DNA of 64,000 nucleotides from Bacilli bacterium (GTDB taxonomy: Bacteria > Bacillota_I > Bacilli_A > RF39 > UBA660), in contig JAFSDH010000004.1 in NCBI GenBank assembly GCA_017436345.1, positions 2,661-66,660 of the forward strand. The letters are read 5' to 3'. A program made the position numbers and the translations under genes. Shown in pieces: positions 19,401 through 26,743 of this stretch (position 1 is its first letter; every line of letters begins with the position of its first letter). Below the pieces are notes generated by a model that ran no database searches, was not told the origin of the DNA, and saw nothing but the letters and a program-made list of their open reading frames with translations.

Positions 19401-19408
19401 CAAGTTAG
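16388..19408 (+). CDS. cassette 2, gene B: ~1006-aa secreted cysteine-rich protein (paralog of 11376..14546)
   Basis: ATG at 16388 follows a GAGGTGA RBS; the ORF track uses the GTG at 16379. Signal peptide MKKINKIFFAIAIALLSNLALTVDA/K and about 30 Cys. Blocks shared with the paralog: GVRLSLYKY vs GLRFRIYSY; GGCENVC...LKCAENYC vs ECEKC...ACAMKYC; YYYRTISVDDPFPKR vs YYYRTINQEKPFPDR. Confidence 0.65.
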   Translation: MKKINKIFFAIAIALLSNLALTVDAKVNVTPGGGGTPPASGCSECAWVYSSDGLGVRLSLYKYDEKNLVFKTSIDLVNQPSNYPAKANTTKDKFGRYSYTKLNKTIDFAYYTVGAKDINNYGFSTINEDSDSWSTKFAKEVQNYFGETESETISGIKKMFGVTVPVNELSQYYIVAEPTAFFYSRVGQFYTYATGYEYMVVLNDIDKYTGNYSWNLWESQGRHTFLGYMFNGMYNKTDSSIETEIKKEWGFTDGRYDFYNFLSRSNNKSLVKTTSSLISEKSKIRDNNAYAKSNYPYGVMVFWIGKNSTVIGGCENVCTDKNGNKLTGDALLKCAENYCSSLDNVKNKEDKADCITNSCKYTFTRLTCDNTTSKNGNDTVCTASTNSNKKTCEIKNTQNYSYKVECQNFSTVEFPETLPSTFVAGQGFEYRVRLYGNKTCTVKLDEALWKYNYASSYTDTERQTYINALNSYNSLNFSDYYFDSSTANINVNIDKSKDGKKSTDKVQLKAEERYEHGDKKVTTTYTNQNIVSYHKNSNVTKSVKLYTTESSNGTYYELPGVCISEKDNETPKEGSVCEKGLGPYNKYYTNIYADEGNNNIETTVTYNPAGLDNVVNKCDYTITDEPLSCYIDVQTASNQKGETLKNNEDINFILTVITQDRTRSIRKNIGTTPLTMDDQFNNKNVYTILKNTITTNKDITVYGTVTDGEHIAICEKRVNINPQQCEWTVTENNNEVTVSLKQIKNTNAKYYIRTSTSNTWMETRTRTFNKTNKLEIEGKIVSGSDTYTCYYSANLSGQTCTELYEPAQYDKIKNYCDTSWQNDTANYSSANDCFTGCTGTNKCKILHACTEVEKIRNYCKTNFADDGYENVGSCINDCSCGGGLDYYYRTISVDDPFPKRDAHYNWLGYEEYITNDKDDLTSSYTDSPEYEIVLDKNRIDAIKSDTKRYNSKTGNDAYGDYIRYDKEDEETSDFNEPYKSKFIHFDDTENGGFKSYFTYIEGVKTS

Positions 19409-19417
19409 GAGGTAAAA

Positions 19418-19918
19418 ATGAATTCATCAACATGGGGATATTTATTCCTAGTATTAGGTTTATTAGGTATTTTACTAATTAATTTGTTTGGTAATATAAC
19501 TATAAATAATGAACAAGATTATTATTTATTAAAAGAAGTAACAAAATCAGCTATGCTTGATTCTGTTGATATAATGGCATTTCGTGAAGGGATTGGTTAT
19601 GATGGAATAACTTCAACATCTGATCCTGAATCAATGCATTGTATTACTGGTAAAACAGGAGAAATTCGAATTGTCAAAGAAAGATTTGTAGAAAGTTTTA
19701 TTAGACATTTCGCTGAAAATGTTGATCGAAACAAAAAGTATACAATAAGTTTCAAAGATATTGATGAATGTCCTCCTAAAGTAACAGTTACAATTAAAAC
19801 AGAAGAATCATTAAGTTGGTTTGCAAAGTTACTTGGTAAAACAGATAAAATGGATTATGAAACAGATACAGCCGATGTAGTGAATATCTTAAATGCCATA
19901 TTAGAAAGTGAAGTTTAG
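19418..19918 (+). CDS. cassette 2, gene C: small N-terminally anchored TadE/pseudopilin-like protein (paralog of 14543..15085)
   Basis: Begins MNSSTWG followed by a hydrophobic helix. Shares NEQ.YY.LKEVTK.AM, GIGYDG, MHC, IRI.KERFVE and IDECPPKVTVT with its paralog. Confidence 0.5.
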   Translation: MNSSTWGYLFLVLGLLGILLINLFGNITINNEQDYYLLKEVTKSAMLDSVDIMAFREGIGYDGITSTSDPESMHCITGKTGEIRIVKERFVESFIRHFAENVDRNKKYTISFKDIDECPPKVTVTIKTEESLSWFAKLLGKTDKMDYETDTADVVNILNAILESEV

Positions 19919-19933
19919 AAAGGGTGATAATTT

Positions 19934-20809
19934 ATGAATAGTACTTCAATAAAAATTAAAAAGTTTTTAAGTAACAGAAATACAGTTACAATTATTTGTG
20001 CATTTATAGGTATAGTGGTTTTATATGTTGGATATACAATGAAAGTTCAATCTGCAATTGAACCAATCGAAGTACCACATGCTAAAGTTACAATTCAACC
20101 ACGTACCAAAATAAAAGATGATATGATTGGATATATCGAAGTAGCAAGTGCAGCTGTTGAGGAAATGGGAGATAATATTATTATTTGTAATAAAGAAACA
20201 TGTCCTAAAAAATTAGTAGGAAGATATACAGCTGTAAATACATTAATTCCTCAAGGAAGCTTATTCTATGAATCTGCAGTAGTAGATAAGGATGAATTAC
20301 CTGATGCTGCTGTATACGAAGTAAAAGATGGGGAAACATTATATAACTTAAGTGTTAATATGAGTACAACATATGTAAATTCAATTATTCCTGGTGGATA
20401 TATTGATATTTATATAAGAACAATTGATGAGCAAGGTATGGTTAGAGTAGGTAAATTTATTGAAAATATAAAGATTTTAGCTGTAAAAACATCAAGTGGT
20501 TTAAATGTATTTGAAAATAGTGAAGAACAAAGAGTACCTGCATATGTATTATTTGCCTTACCAAATGAGCAATATTTATATCTATCAATGGCAGCCAAAT
20601 TAGGTCTTGAAATTATTCCAGTACCTATCAATGTAGATTTGGATAATAGTCCAGAAACATCTGAAATGACAAGTAAACAATTATATGAATATATTCAAGG
20701 TTTAGCTGATGAATTTGCTCAAGGAGGATTTACTCTTGAAGAAGAAGATCCAACTAATCCATTACCACCAACTGATCCAACAGTAAATAATGGAACAAAA
20801 GGTGAATAA
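19934..20809 (+). CDS. CpaB/RcpC-like pilus assembly protein (tentative)
   Basis: N-terminal TM (VTIICAFIGIVVLYVG). This is followed by a SAF-like segment (VPHAKVTIQPRTKIKDDMIGYIEV) and a Pro-rich C-terminal tail. It sits immediately upstream of the Tad ATPase. Confidence 0.4.
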   Translation: MNSTSIKIKKFLSNRNTVTIICAFIGIVVLYVGYTMKVQSAIEPIEVPHAKVTIQPRTKIKDDMIGYIEVASAAVEEMGDNIIICNKETCPKKLVGRYTAVNTLIPQGSLFYESAVVDKDELPDAAVYEVKDGETLYNLSVNMSTTYVNSIIPGGYIDIYIRTIDEQGMVRVGKFIENIKILAVKTSSGLNVFENSEEQRVPAYVLFALPNEQYLYLSMAAKLGLEIIPVPINVDLDNSPETSEMTSKQLYEYIQGLADEFAQGGFTLEEEDPTNPLPPTDPTVNNGTKGE

Positions 20810-20810
20810 T

Positions 20811-22796
20811 ATGGATGAAACAATGAATTTAAATGGGATGGGAATAGGTGTAACAGAAACTAAAGTAACTGAAGTTCCTGTTGCTGCACCTGTTGAAGCA
20901 TCAAATGAAAATCAGGATGTCACAACAAACATTCCTGATAATTCATCTGCTTCTCCTGTTCAAGTAGAAAGTAATGAAACAAACATTGAAACAAATGAAA
21001 ATAAGTCACTAGAAGCCAACAATGAAGTTGACTTCGGTGATTTAGATATGATTAAAGAACTACGCGCTGAAGAAGCAGAAAGTAGAAAAAAAGAGAGTAT
21101 TTTCTCTAATATGGACTTTGGTTCTTTAAAAAAATATTTAGATGATGATGATGTAACTGATATATCATATAGTAATGGTGGACAACTTTGGCTAAAAACT
21201 TTAAGTAAAGGTGTTTACCGTGTGCAACAAGATGATATAAATGATGCCTTAATTGAAAAAATAGCTTTCCAATGTTCTAACGTTATGGGAAAAACATTCA
21301 ATATGGCTCATCCATTTTTGGACTCTGAATCAGCTGAACTTCGTATGAATTTCATCCATGATTCAATTGCTAGAAATGGTATTGCTGTTGTATTTCGTAA
21401 AACACCAGCAAAAATTCGTCTTGAAAAAGAAAAATTAATGAAAGAAAACTATGTATCATTAAGTATCCATGATTTTCTAATAAAAGCTGTTCAAGGGCAC
21501 TGTAATATAATCATGTGTGGGGAAACTGGTTCAGGTAAAACAGAATTCTTAAAATATTTAGCTAGTCACACATTTGAAAATGAAAAAATCGTTACAGTTG
21601 AAGATACCTTAGAACTTCACTTGGATAGAATTTATCCACATCGTGATATAGTTGCGATGAAAACTAATAATGTTGCGTCTTATTCAGATGTATTAGTTAC
21701 ATGTATGAGACAAAACCCAATTTGGATATTGTTATCAGAAGTTCGTAGTGCAGAAGCAGTTACTGCTGTTCGTAACTCAATATCTTCTGGGCACTTTATC
21801 CTTTCAACAATCCATGCTGATAAAGCAGCTAATATTCCTTATCGTTTATATAGTTTGCTTGAGTCAAATATTGATGTTGAACAATTCTTAAATACAATTT
21901 ATCGTTATATCCAATTAGGTGTATACTTAAGAGGTAGATTTGATGCTAAACAAGGTAGATTTGTTCGTGAAATAGGAGAAGTAACAGAGTTTTATGTTAA
22001 TGATAATAATGAATGTATTTCTAATACTATTTATCAAAAAACAATTAAAGGTGATGTTAAATATAAACCTATAAGTAATCATTTACTTGAATATCTAGAA
22101 GGGCAAGGAATTGATATGTCATCAATTCGTGATGCTAATGGGGACTTAGAAAAAGCTCAATCATATAGTGATGAAGAAACAAAAAATGAATCTGTAGCAG
22201 AAGAAAAAAAAGAAGAAACTTCTATAGAAATTAAACCTATTACTGAAGAAGTAAAGGTAGATCAATCAATAAACAATGTTACAGAAGAAAAAGATATAAA
22301 ACCTATTGCACCAGCAGTAGAAGAAAAGGTTGCTCCAATAACAGTAGAACAACCAGTAAATAGTGTTACAGCGGAAGTAAAACCAATTACTCCAGTAACC
22401 GAAGAAAAAGTTGTACCATTAACGAATGTACAACCTATAAATAACTTGGAAAATGTAGAAGTAAAACCTATTGCACCAGCAGTAGAAGAAAAGGTTGTTC
22501 CAATAACAACAGAACAACCAGTAAATAGTGTTATGGCGGAAGTAAAACCAATTACTCCAGTAACCGAAGAAAAAGTTATTCCAACAACAATAGAACAACC
22601 AACCCCATTGACTAATATTACACCTGTTGTTGATCCAACTCAAAAAGTAGAAACACCTACTAGTCCAAGTCAAGAAGCAAGTGGAAATGCTGTTAATGAA
22701 GTAAAAACAATTACTCCTATTACTCCAAATAGTGATAGTGATGGAACTTCACAACCAGTAAATTTCACACCAATTAATGTTACAAATATTCAATAA
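20811..22796 (+). CDS. CpaF/TadA-type (VirB11 superfamily, T2SSE) secretion ATPase with acidic N-terminal and repeat-rich C-terminal extensions
   Basis: Walker A GETGSGKT, VTVEDTLEL, Walker B-like IWILLSEVRSAEA and His-box LSTIHA. The ATG at 20811 has an AAAGGTGA RBS and avoids overlapping the upstream gene; the ORF track starts at 20790. TadB/TadC-like genes lie directly downstream. Confidence 0.85.
   Translation: MDETMNLNGMGIGVTETKVTEVPVAAPVEASNENQDVTTNIPDNSSASPVQVESNETNIETNENKSLEANNEVDFGDLDMIKELRAEEAESRKKESIFSNMDFGSLKKYLDDDDVTDISYSNGGQLWLKTLSKGVYRVQQDDINDALIEKIAFQCSNVMGKTFNMAHPFLDSESAELRMNFIHDSIARNGIAVVFRKTPAKIRLEKEKLMKENYVSLSIHDFLIKAVQGHCNIIMCGETGSGKTEFLKYLASHTFENEKIVTVEDTLELHLDRIYPHRDIVAMKTNNVASYSDVLVTCMRQNPIWILLSEVRSAEAVTAVRNSISSGHFILSTIHADKAANIPYRLYSLLESNIDVEQFLNTIYRYIQLGVYLRGRFDAKQGRFVREIGEVTEFYVNDNNECISNTIYQKTIKGDVKYKPISNHLLEYLEGQGIDMSSIRDANGDLEKAQSYSDEETKNESVAEEKKEETSIEIKPITEEVKVDQSINNVTEEKDIKPIAPAVEEKVAPITVEQPVNSVTAEVKPITPVTEEKVVPLTNVQPINNLENVEVKPIAPAVEEKVVPITTEQPVNSVMAEVKPITPVTEEKVIPTTIEQPTPLTNITPVVDPTQKVETPTSPSQEASGNAVNEVKTITPITPNSDSDGTSQPVNFTPINVTNIQ
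22293..22628 (+). repeat. in-frame tandem repeat inside the ATPase gene (about four copies of a 27-28-aa Pro/Glu/Val module)
   Basis: The repeated module is (D/E)(I/V)KPI(A/T)P(A/V)(V/T)EEKV(A/V/I)P(I/L/T)T..EQP.N. At the DNA level, 22299-22411 and 22464-22576 are near-identical (165-nt period). Confidence 0.85.
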
Positions 22797-22816
22797 AAAG
22801 GAAAGTTGGTGAGTTT

Positions 22817-23710
22817 ATGGAATTAGTAATTTTGCTATTCTTATTTGTATTTGCAACTCTATATTATTTAAAGAAAGGTGACTCTTTATATAAATTTATT
22901 ATTGATGGAGCCAATGTTGTATATGATAAATATGCACCTTTCTCATATAAAACAATAAGAGAAAAAGTAAAAGATTTAGGCCAAAACTATACAGTTAAAG
23001 ATTATACTATTCAATTATGTTTATTTGGTGGAGGAGCTTTCATCGTTTCATATTTGTATTTTTATAGCATAATAGTATCTTTAGTTTACGTAGTAGCCGC
23101 GATATCTTTGATTCCATATCTACAATACTTAAGATGTAAACGTATATATAGTGAATTTATTTTTGAACAAGTTCAAGTATATACAACAAATACAATCATG
23201 GAATTCCAAACAACTCAATCTTTTGTAAAAGCTTTAGAAGGTGTATATGGATCTGGTGTATTACAAGATCCAGTCCTAGCTGATGTAAAAATTATGATTG
23301 ATATGGCTTATCAAAATGGGGTAATTGATGAATCAATTGAATATATGAATGAAAGATATGATTTCTATATGACAAGAAACATGCATCAATTATTCTTACA
23401 AATTACTAAAGAAGGTTCAAGGGATTCAAATGATGTACTTGAAAATATGTTACAAGATATCGATACTCTTGTAGAAGGAGTATACCGCGATAGAATGGAC
23501 CGTGCTAACTTCCATAGACAATTCTTAACATATGGTTTTATGTTATATCTATTGATTATGTTAGTACAGTATTTATTACAAGTAGAAACATATCGAGAGT
23601 TACTTAAAGATAATTTAGTAGTAGTTATATTACATATCATAGTTATATCAAATAGTTATTTTCTTGTATCAGGAGAAAAATATTATAACGAGAATGTAGG
23701 TGCTGAATAA
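22817..23710 (+). CDS. TadB-like inner-membrane platform protein (T2SSF-domain-like)
   Basis: 297 aa with N-terminal, central and C-terminal TM segments. The cytoplasmic helical domain (...SFVKALEGVYGSGVLQDPVLADVKIMIDMAYQNGVIDESIEYM...) is in the style of T2SSF/TadB. Position next to the ATPase supports the call. Confidence 0.55.
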   Translation: MELVILLFLFVFATLYYLKKGDSLYKFIIDGANVVYDKYAPFSYKTIREKVKDLGQNYTVKDYTIQLCLFGGGAFIVSYLYFYSIIVSLVYVVAAISLIPYLQYLRCKRIYSEFIFEQVQVYTTNTIMEFQTTQSFVKALEGVYGSGVLQDPVLADVKIMIDMAYQNGVIDESIEYMNERYDFYMTRNMHQLFLQITKEGSRDSNDVLENMLQDIDTLVEGVYRDRMDRANFHRQFLTYGFMLYLLIMLVQYLLQVETYRELLKDNLVVVILHIIVISNSYFLVSGEKYYNENVGAE

Positions 23711-24489
23711 TGGTTATATTAATAATTGCAGGTTTAGTAGTATTTGTACTTGTTTATACAAAAACAGTTGATGGAAATCAATTCTTACAAGAAAATGATA
23801 TGTATGTTCAAATGCTTAAAGAAAAAGATTGGGATTTCTATGTATCAGCAAAATATGGAGATCGAGTAAATGCTGATGAACTATTTAATAAAAGAATAAG
23901 AGATACATTTTGGATATCAGCTATTATCATATTAATAATGATGACTAATTTTTCATTCATAAATCTAGTATTTATGATGGTTATGATTTTTGTGATATTT
24001 AAAATGCCTTATCAAAATTTAAGATCATATTATAAAAGATATATGTCTAAAATTGACCAAATGCTACCATACTATTTAAAAGGATTAGAAATCCTATGCC
24101 AAAACTATACAGTGCCGGTAGCACTTGCAAGATCAATTGAAGATGCACCTGAAATATTTAAACCAGGTTTACGTCAAATGGTTGAAAAAATTAATAATGG
24201 TGATTCATCAATTCAACCATATATGGATTTTGCAAATCAATATCCTGTTAGAGATTCAATGCGTATGATGCGTTTATTATATCGTCTTGGATTAGGAGCT
24301 CAAGAAAATAAATATCAACAATTAATTATGTTCTCTAAATCAGTTTCATCATTACAAAATAAAGCTCGTGAAGATAAATATAAAAAGAGATTACAAGTAA
24401 TGGAACAAAAAACAATGATCATGTTGGTTGTAACTGGTGGCGGAACAATGGTTGTATTATTATTTGCAATGATGTTCTTAATGGGATAA
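23710..24489 (+). CDS. TadC-like inner-membrane platform protein (T2SSF-domain-like)
   Basis: TAATG stop/start overlap with the upstream gene. The central domain LPYYLKGLEILCQNYTVPVALARSIEDAPEIFKPGLRQMVEKINNGDSSIQPYMDFANQY matches the T2SSF pattern. A C-terminal TM pair is present. Confidence 0.6.
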   Translation: MVILIIAGLVVFVLVYTKTVDGNQFLQENDMYVQMLKEKDWDFYVSAKYGDRVNADELFNKRIRDTFWISAIIILIMMTNFSFINLVFMMVMIFVIFKMPYQNLRSYYKRYMSKIDQMLPYYLKGLEILCQNYTVPVALARSIEDAPEIFKPGLRQMVEKINNGDSSIQPYMDFANQYPVRDSMRMMRLLYRLGLGAQENKYQQLIMFSKSVSSLQNKAREDKYKKRLQVMEQKTMIMLVVTGGGTMVVLLFAMMFLMG

Positions 24490-24495
24490 AAAATA

Positions 24496-24524
24496 TTGAA
24501 AAAAAAAGTTTATATTGCTATAAT
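24496..24524 (+). promoter_or_regulatory. near-consensus sigma-A promoter directly upstream of the small pilin-like gene
   Basis: TTGAAA (24496-24501), exactly 17 nt of spacer, then TATAAT (24519-24524). It is followed by a strong RBS (GAGAGGAGGA) and the ATG at 24556. Confidence 0.65.
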
Positions 24525-24555
24525 TAATTTATGATAGAGAGAGGAGGAATAATAA

Positions 24556-24747
24556 ATGAAAGAGGCAAGTGGAGAATTAAATATGACAATTGTAACAGTA
24601 GTTGCAATCGCTTTAATCTTAGCATTCGCTACAATGTTCGTACCAGATATTCTTGAAGGAATCCAAGAAAAATGGAACATTGCAGAACAAGATGCACAAG
24701 AAGGTTTAGATAATAAAGACAATACTTACCAAGACCAACATGGTTAG
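24556..24747 (+). CDS. small Flp/pilin-like protein (putative major pilin)
   Basis: 63 aa: MKEASG / ELNMTIVTVVAIALILAFATMFV, then a short polar tail. The size, the single N-terminal hydrophobic helix after a Gly, the dedicated promoter and the position inside the Tad-like operon support the call. It lacks the canonical Flp G/xxxxEY motif. Confidence 0.45.
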   Translation: MKEASGELNMTIVTVVAIALILAFATMFVPDILEGIQEKWNIAEQDAQEGLDNKDNTYQDQHG

Positions 24748-24776
24748 GATAAAGAAGAATAAGAGGTGTTTAAATT

Positions 24777-25214
24777 ATGCGTGAGTCAATAGGTGGAACT
24801 TTATTAATGTATTTAGTTATAATATTCTTGTTCATATATATTGTATTTATGGCAGTTGTTATTAACTATGGTCGCGTATTTAGAGCAAAGAATAGCTTAA
24901 TTTCATATATTGAAGCAGAAGAAGGATTTAAAGGTGCTGATTCTGTAAATGATTTTATTACTAAAGCTAATAGTTTAAATTATAGAGGACCATTATACCT
25001 ATGTTATACTCAAGGTAATGGCGACACAAAATATTTTTCAATTAGATTAGCTATACAATTCGATATACCATTAACAAATGGATCTGCTAATGTATGGATC
25101 ACAGGAGAAACAAGTGGTATTAGAAATGTTACAAACAATACTGGAAATAATAGTATTGAAGAATGTAATGCAACAGGTAATAAATTTACAAATGCTTCAA
25201 AAATAAGAGGGTAA
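24777..25214 (+). CDS. TadE-like pseudopilin/membrane protein
   Basis: MRESIGG followed by a hydrophobic helix, then YGRVFRAKNSLISYIE. This matches the TadE N-terminal pattern of a TM followed by a conserved helix. Confidence 0.45.
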   Translation: MRESIGGTLLMYLVIIFLFIYIVFMAVVINYGRVFRAKNSLISYIEAEEGFKGADSVNDFITKANSLNYRGPLYLCYTQGNGDTKYFSIRLAIQFDIPLTNGSANVWITGETSGIRNVTNNTGNNSIEECNATGNKFTNASKIRG

Positions 25215-25226
25215 AGGAGGTTCTAT

Positions 25227-26282
25227 ATGAACGTATTAATTACAAATCAACAAGAGACTTTACTTTCTGGCTTAACTGTAGAAATTATTAAAACGTTGCG
25301 TGGTGAATATGAAGCTGAAGAGATAATTGGAACTTTTTCCAATTTCTTTTTTGGAAGAATGATTTTAGATTTAACTGCAATTAAGGATTATCAAAATTTA
25401 ACAAATATTCAAAAGTTATCTATTGGTTTACCAGTAGAGAAGATAATCCTTTTATTGCCAGCCAACGGAAACTATTCAACTAATGCATATTTATCAAAAT
25501 TAATATCAATGGGATTTTATAACTTTACAACTAATTTAGAAGGAGTAGAGTATTTAATTAATAATCCTAATACTTATAAAGATGTTGCGCATCTTCATCA
25601 AATTGAACCAGTTATGCCAGTTGCACCAATGCCTATTCCAGGAGTTGTTACAACGGCTTCTAATAGTCAACCAGTTCAAGAAGAAATGCAACAGGCAGTA
25701 ATACCAGAAACTCCTCAAATTAGGACAATTGGTATAAAAAATGCAACAGACAGTGCTGGTGCAACAACTCTTGTTGTTACTATGAAAAAAGAATTAGAAA
25801 AATTTCATGGTTTAAGTGTAAAAGCAATTGAAGTTGGTAAAAGAGATTTTGTTTATTTTAATGATAAATCCCTTGTTTCAATTGGTAAACCTGAATTTTT
25901 ATCTGAAATTTCAAAATCTGCTAATTATGATTTAGTATTAGTAGATATGAATGATATGGATGATAATGCTGTAAGTGAAGTTTATTATTTAATAGAGCCA
26001 TCTATTATTAAAATAAATAAAATTGTTAAAAGAGATAAAAATATATTTCAAAAATTAAAAGATGAAAAAATTATAATAAATAAAAGTATGATATCAAACG
26101 ACGAAATATCTGAATTTGCTGCTGAATCAGGATTAAAGATATTTACTGCATTAAGACCATTTAATGATCGTAGTAGAAGTCAAGTTTTAACTAGTTTGTT
26201 AAATAGAATGGGAATAATTCAAACTGATACTTCTGATAATGGTGGTAGAAGTAGTGGATTTGGTGGTATTTTTAGACACTAG
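25227..26282 (+). CDS. TadZ/CpaE-like protein: receiver-like N-domain plus ParA/MinD-fold domain with degenerate Walker A
   Basis: N-terminal ~115-aa beta-alpha domain, then a Pro-rich linker. The following segment, RTIGIKNATDSAGATTLVVTM, sits where MinD/ParA proteins have KGGxGKTT. YDLVLVDMND corresponds to the Walker B region. Confidence 0.5.
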   Translation: MNVLITNQQETLLSGLTVEIIKTLRGEYEAEEIIGTFSNFFFGRMILDLTAIKDYQNLTNIQKLSIGLPVEKIILLLPANGNYSTNAYLSKLISMGFYNFTTNLEGVEYLINNPNTYKDVAHLHQIEPVMPVAPMPIPGVVTTASNSQPVQEEMQQAVIPETPQIRTIGIKNATDSAGATTLVVTMKKELEKFHGLSVKAIEVGKRDFVYFNDKSLVSIGKPEFLSEISKSANYDLVLVDMNDMDDNAVSEVYYLIEPSIIKINKIVKRDKNIFQKLKDEKIIINKSMISNDEISEFAAESGLKIFTALRPFNDRSRSQVLTSLLNRMGIIQTDTSDNGGRSSGFGGIFRH

Positions 26283-26296
26283 TTTTACATAAAATG

Positions 26297-26326
26297 TTGA
26301 CAAGAAAGATAATTTTGTCGTATAGT
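26297..26326 (+). promoter_or_regulatory. sigma-A type promoter at the start of the T4SS-like module
   Basis: TTGACA (26297-26302), an 18-nt spacer, then TATAGT (26321-26326). It lies upstream of the GAGGAGG RBS and the ATG at 26357. Confidence 0.55.
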
Positions 26327-26356
26327 TTAGATATAAAGAAGTGAGGAGGAAAAAGA

Positions 26357-26662
26357 ATGTATTTTTTAGATGTAGATTGTTCAGATATAGATGCAATCAT
26401 AAGTTTTATTAAAGGAGTACTAAAACTAATTCAAATTTTAATACCAATAGCTTTAATTATTATGGGAAGTGTTGATTTAGGTAAAGCTGTACTATCAAGT
26501 GATGATAAAGAAATTAAACAAGCAACAAGTAAATTAATTAAAAGAGCAATTGCTGCTGTTGTTATATTCTTCATCCCATTTATTGTAAATTTAGTAATGG
26601 GACTTGTATCTGACTCTGGTCCAGAAGGTTCTGATACAACAACATGGGCAGATTGTTGGTAG
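26357..26662 (+). CDS. VirB2/TrbC-like small two-TM protein, leaderless paralog
   Basis: 101 aa. Two TM helices flank a polar loop (GSVDLGKAVLSSDDKEIKQATSKLIKRAIAAVVIFFIPFIV). Collinear with 28005..28406 (CSSDFVSVVTSQDDNAMKKAGSRIIKRFIAAAAFFFVPVII), but it has no signal peptide. Confidence 0.45.
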   Translation: MYFLDVDCSDIDAIISFIKGVLKLIQILIPIALIIMGSVDLGKAVLSSDDKEIKQATSKLIKRAIAAVVIFFIPFIVNLVMGLVSDSGPEGSDTTTWADCW

Positions 26663-26670
26663 GATAATAA

Positions 26671-26697
26671 AAAAGAATGTAAACATTCTTTTTTTTA
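26671..26697 (+). terminator. rho-independent terminator
   Basis: Stem AGAATG (26674-26679), loop TAAA, stem CATTCT (26684-26689), then a T-run to 26696. Confidence 0.7.
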
Positions 26698-26726
26698 TTG
26701 TTATTTTATTTTTAGTATATTATAAT
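26698..26726 (+). promoter_or_regulatory. sigma-A type promoter
   Basis: TTGTTA (26698-26703), a 17-nt spacer, then TATAAT (26721-26726). Upstream of the GAGGTG RBS and the ATG at 26744. Confidence 0.5.
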
Positions 26727-26743
26727 GATAATGAGGTGTTAAT

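Noticed and set aside
11376-19408. Interpretation of the giant Cys-rich proteins as polymorphic toxins (RHS/YD, CDI-type) or RiPP/lanthipeptide precursors
   Set aside because: They have no YD/RHS repeats, no C-terminal toxin/immunity pair arrangement, and no leader-core organisation or modification enzymes. They carry ordinary Sec signal peptides and are far too large for RiPPs.
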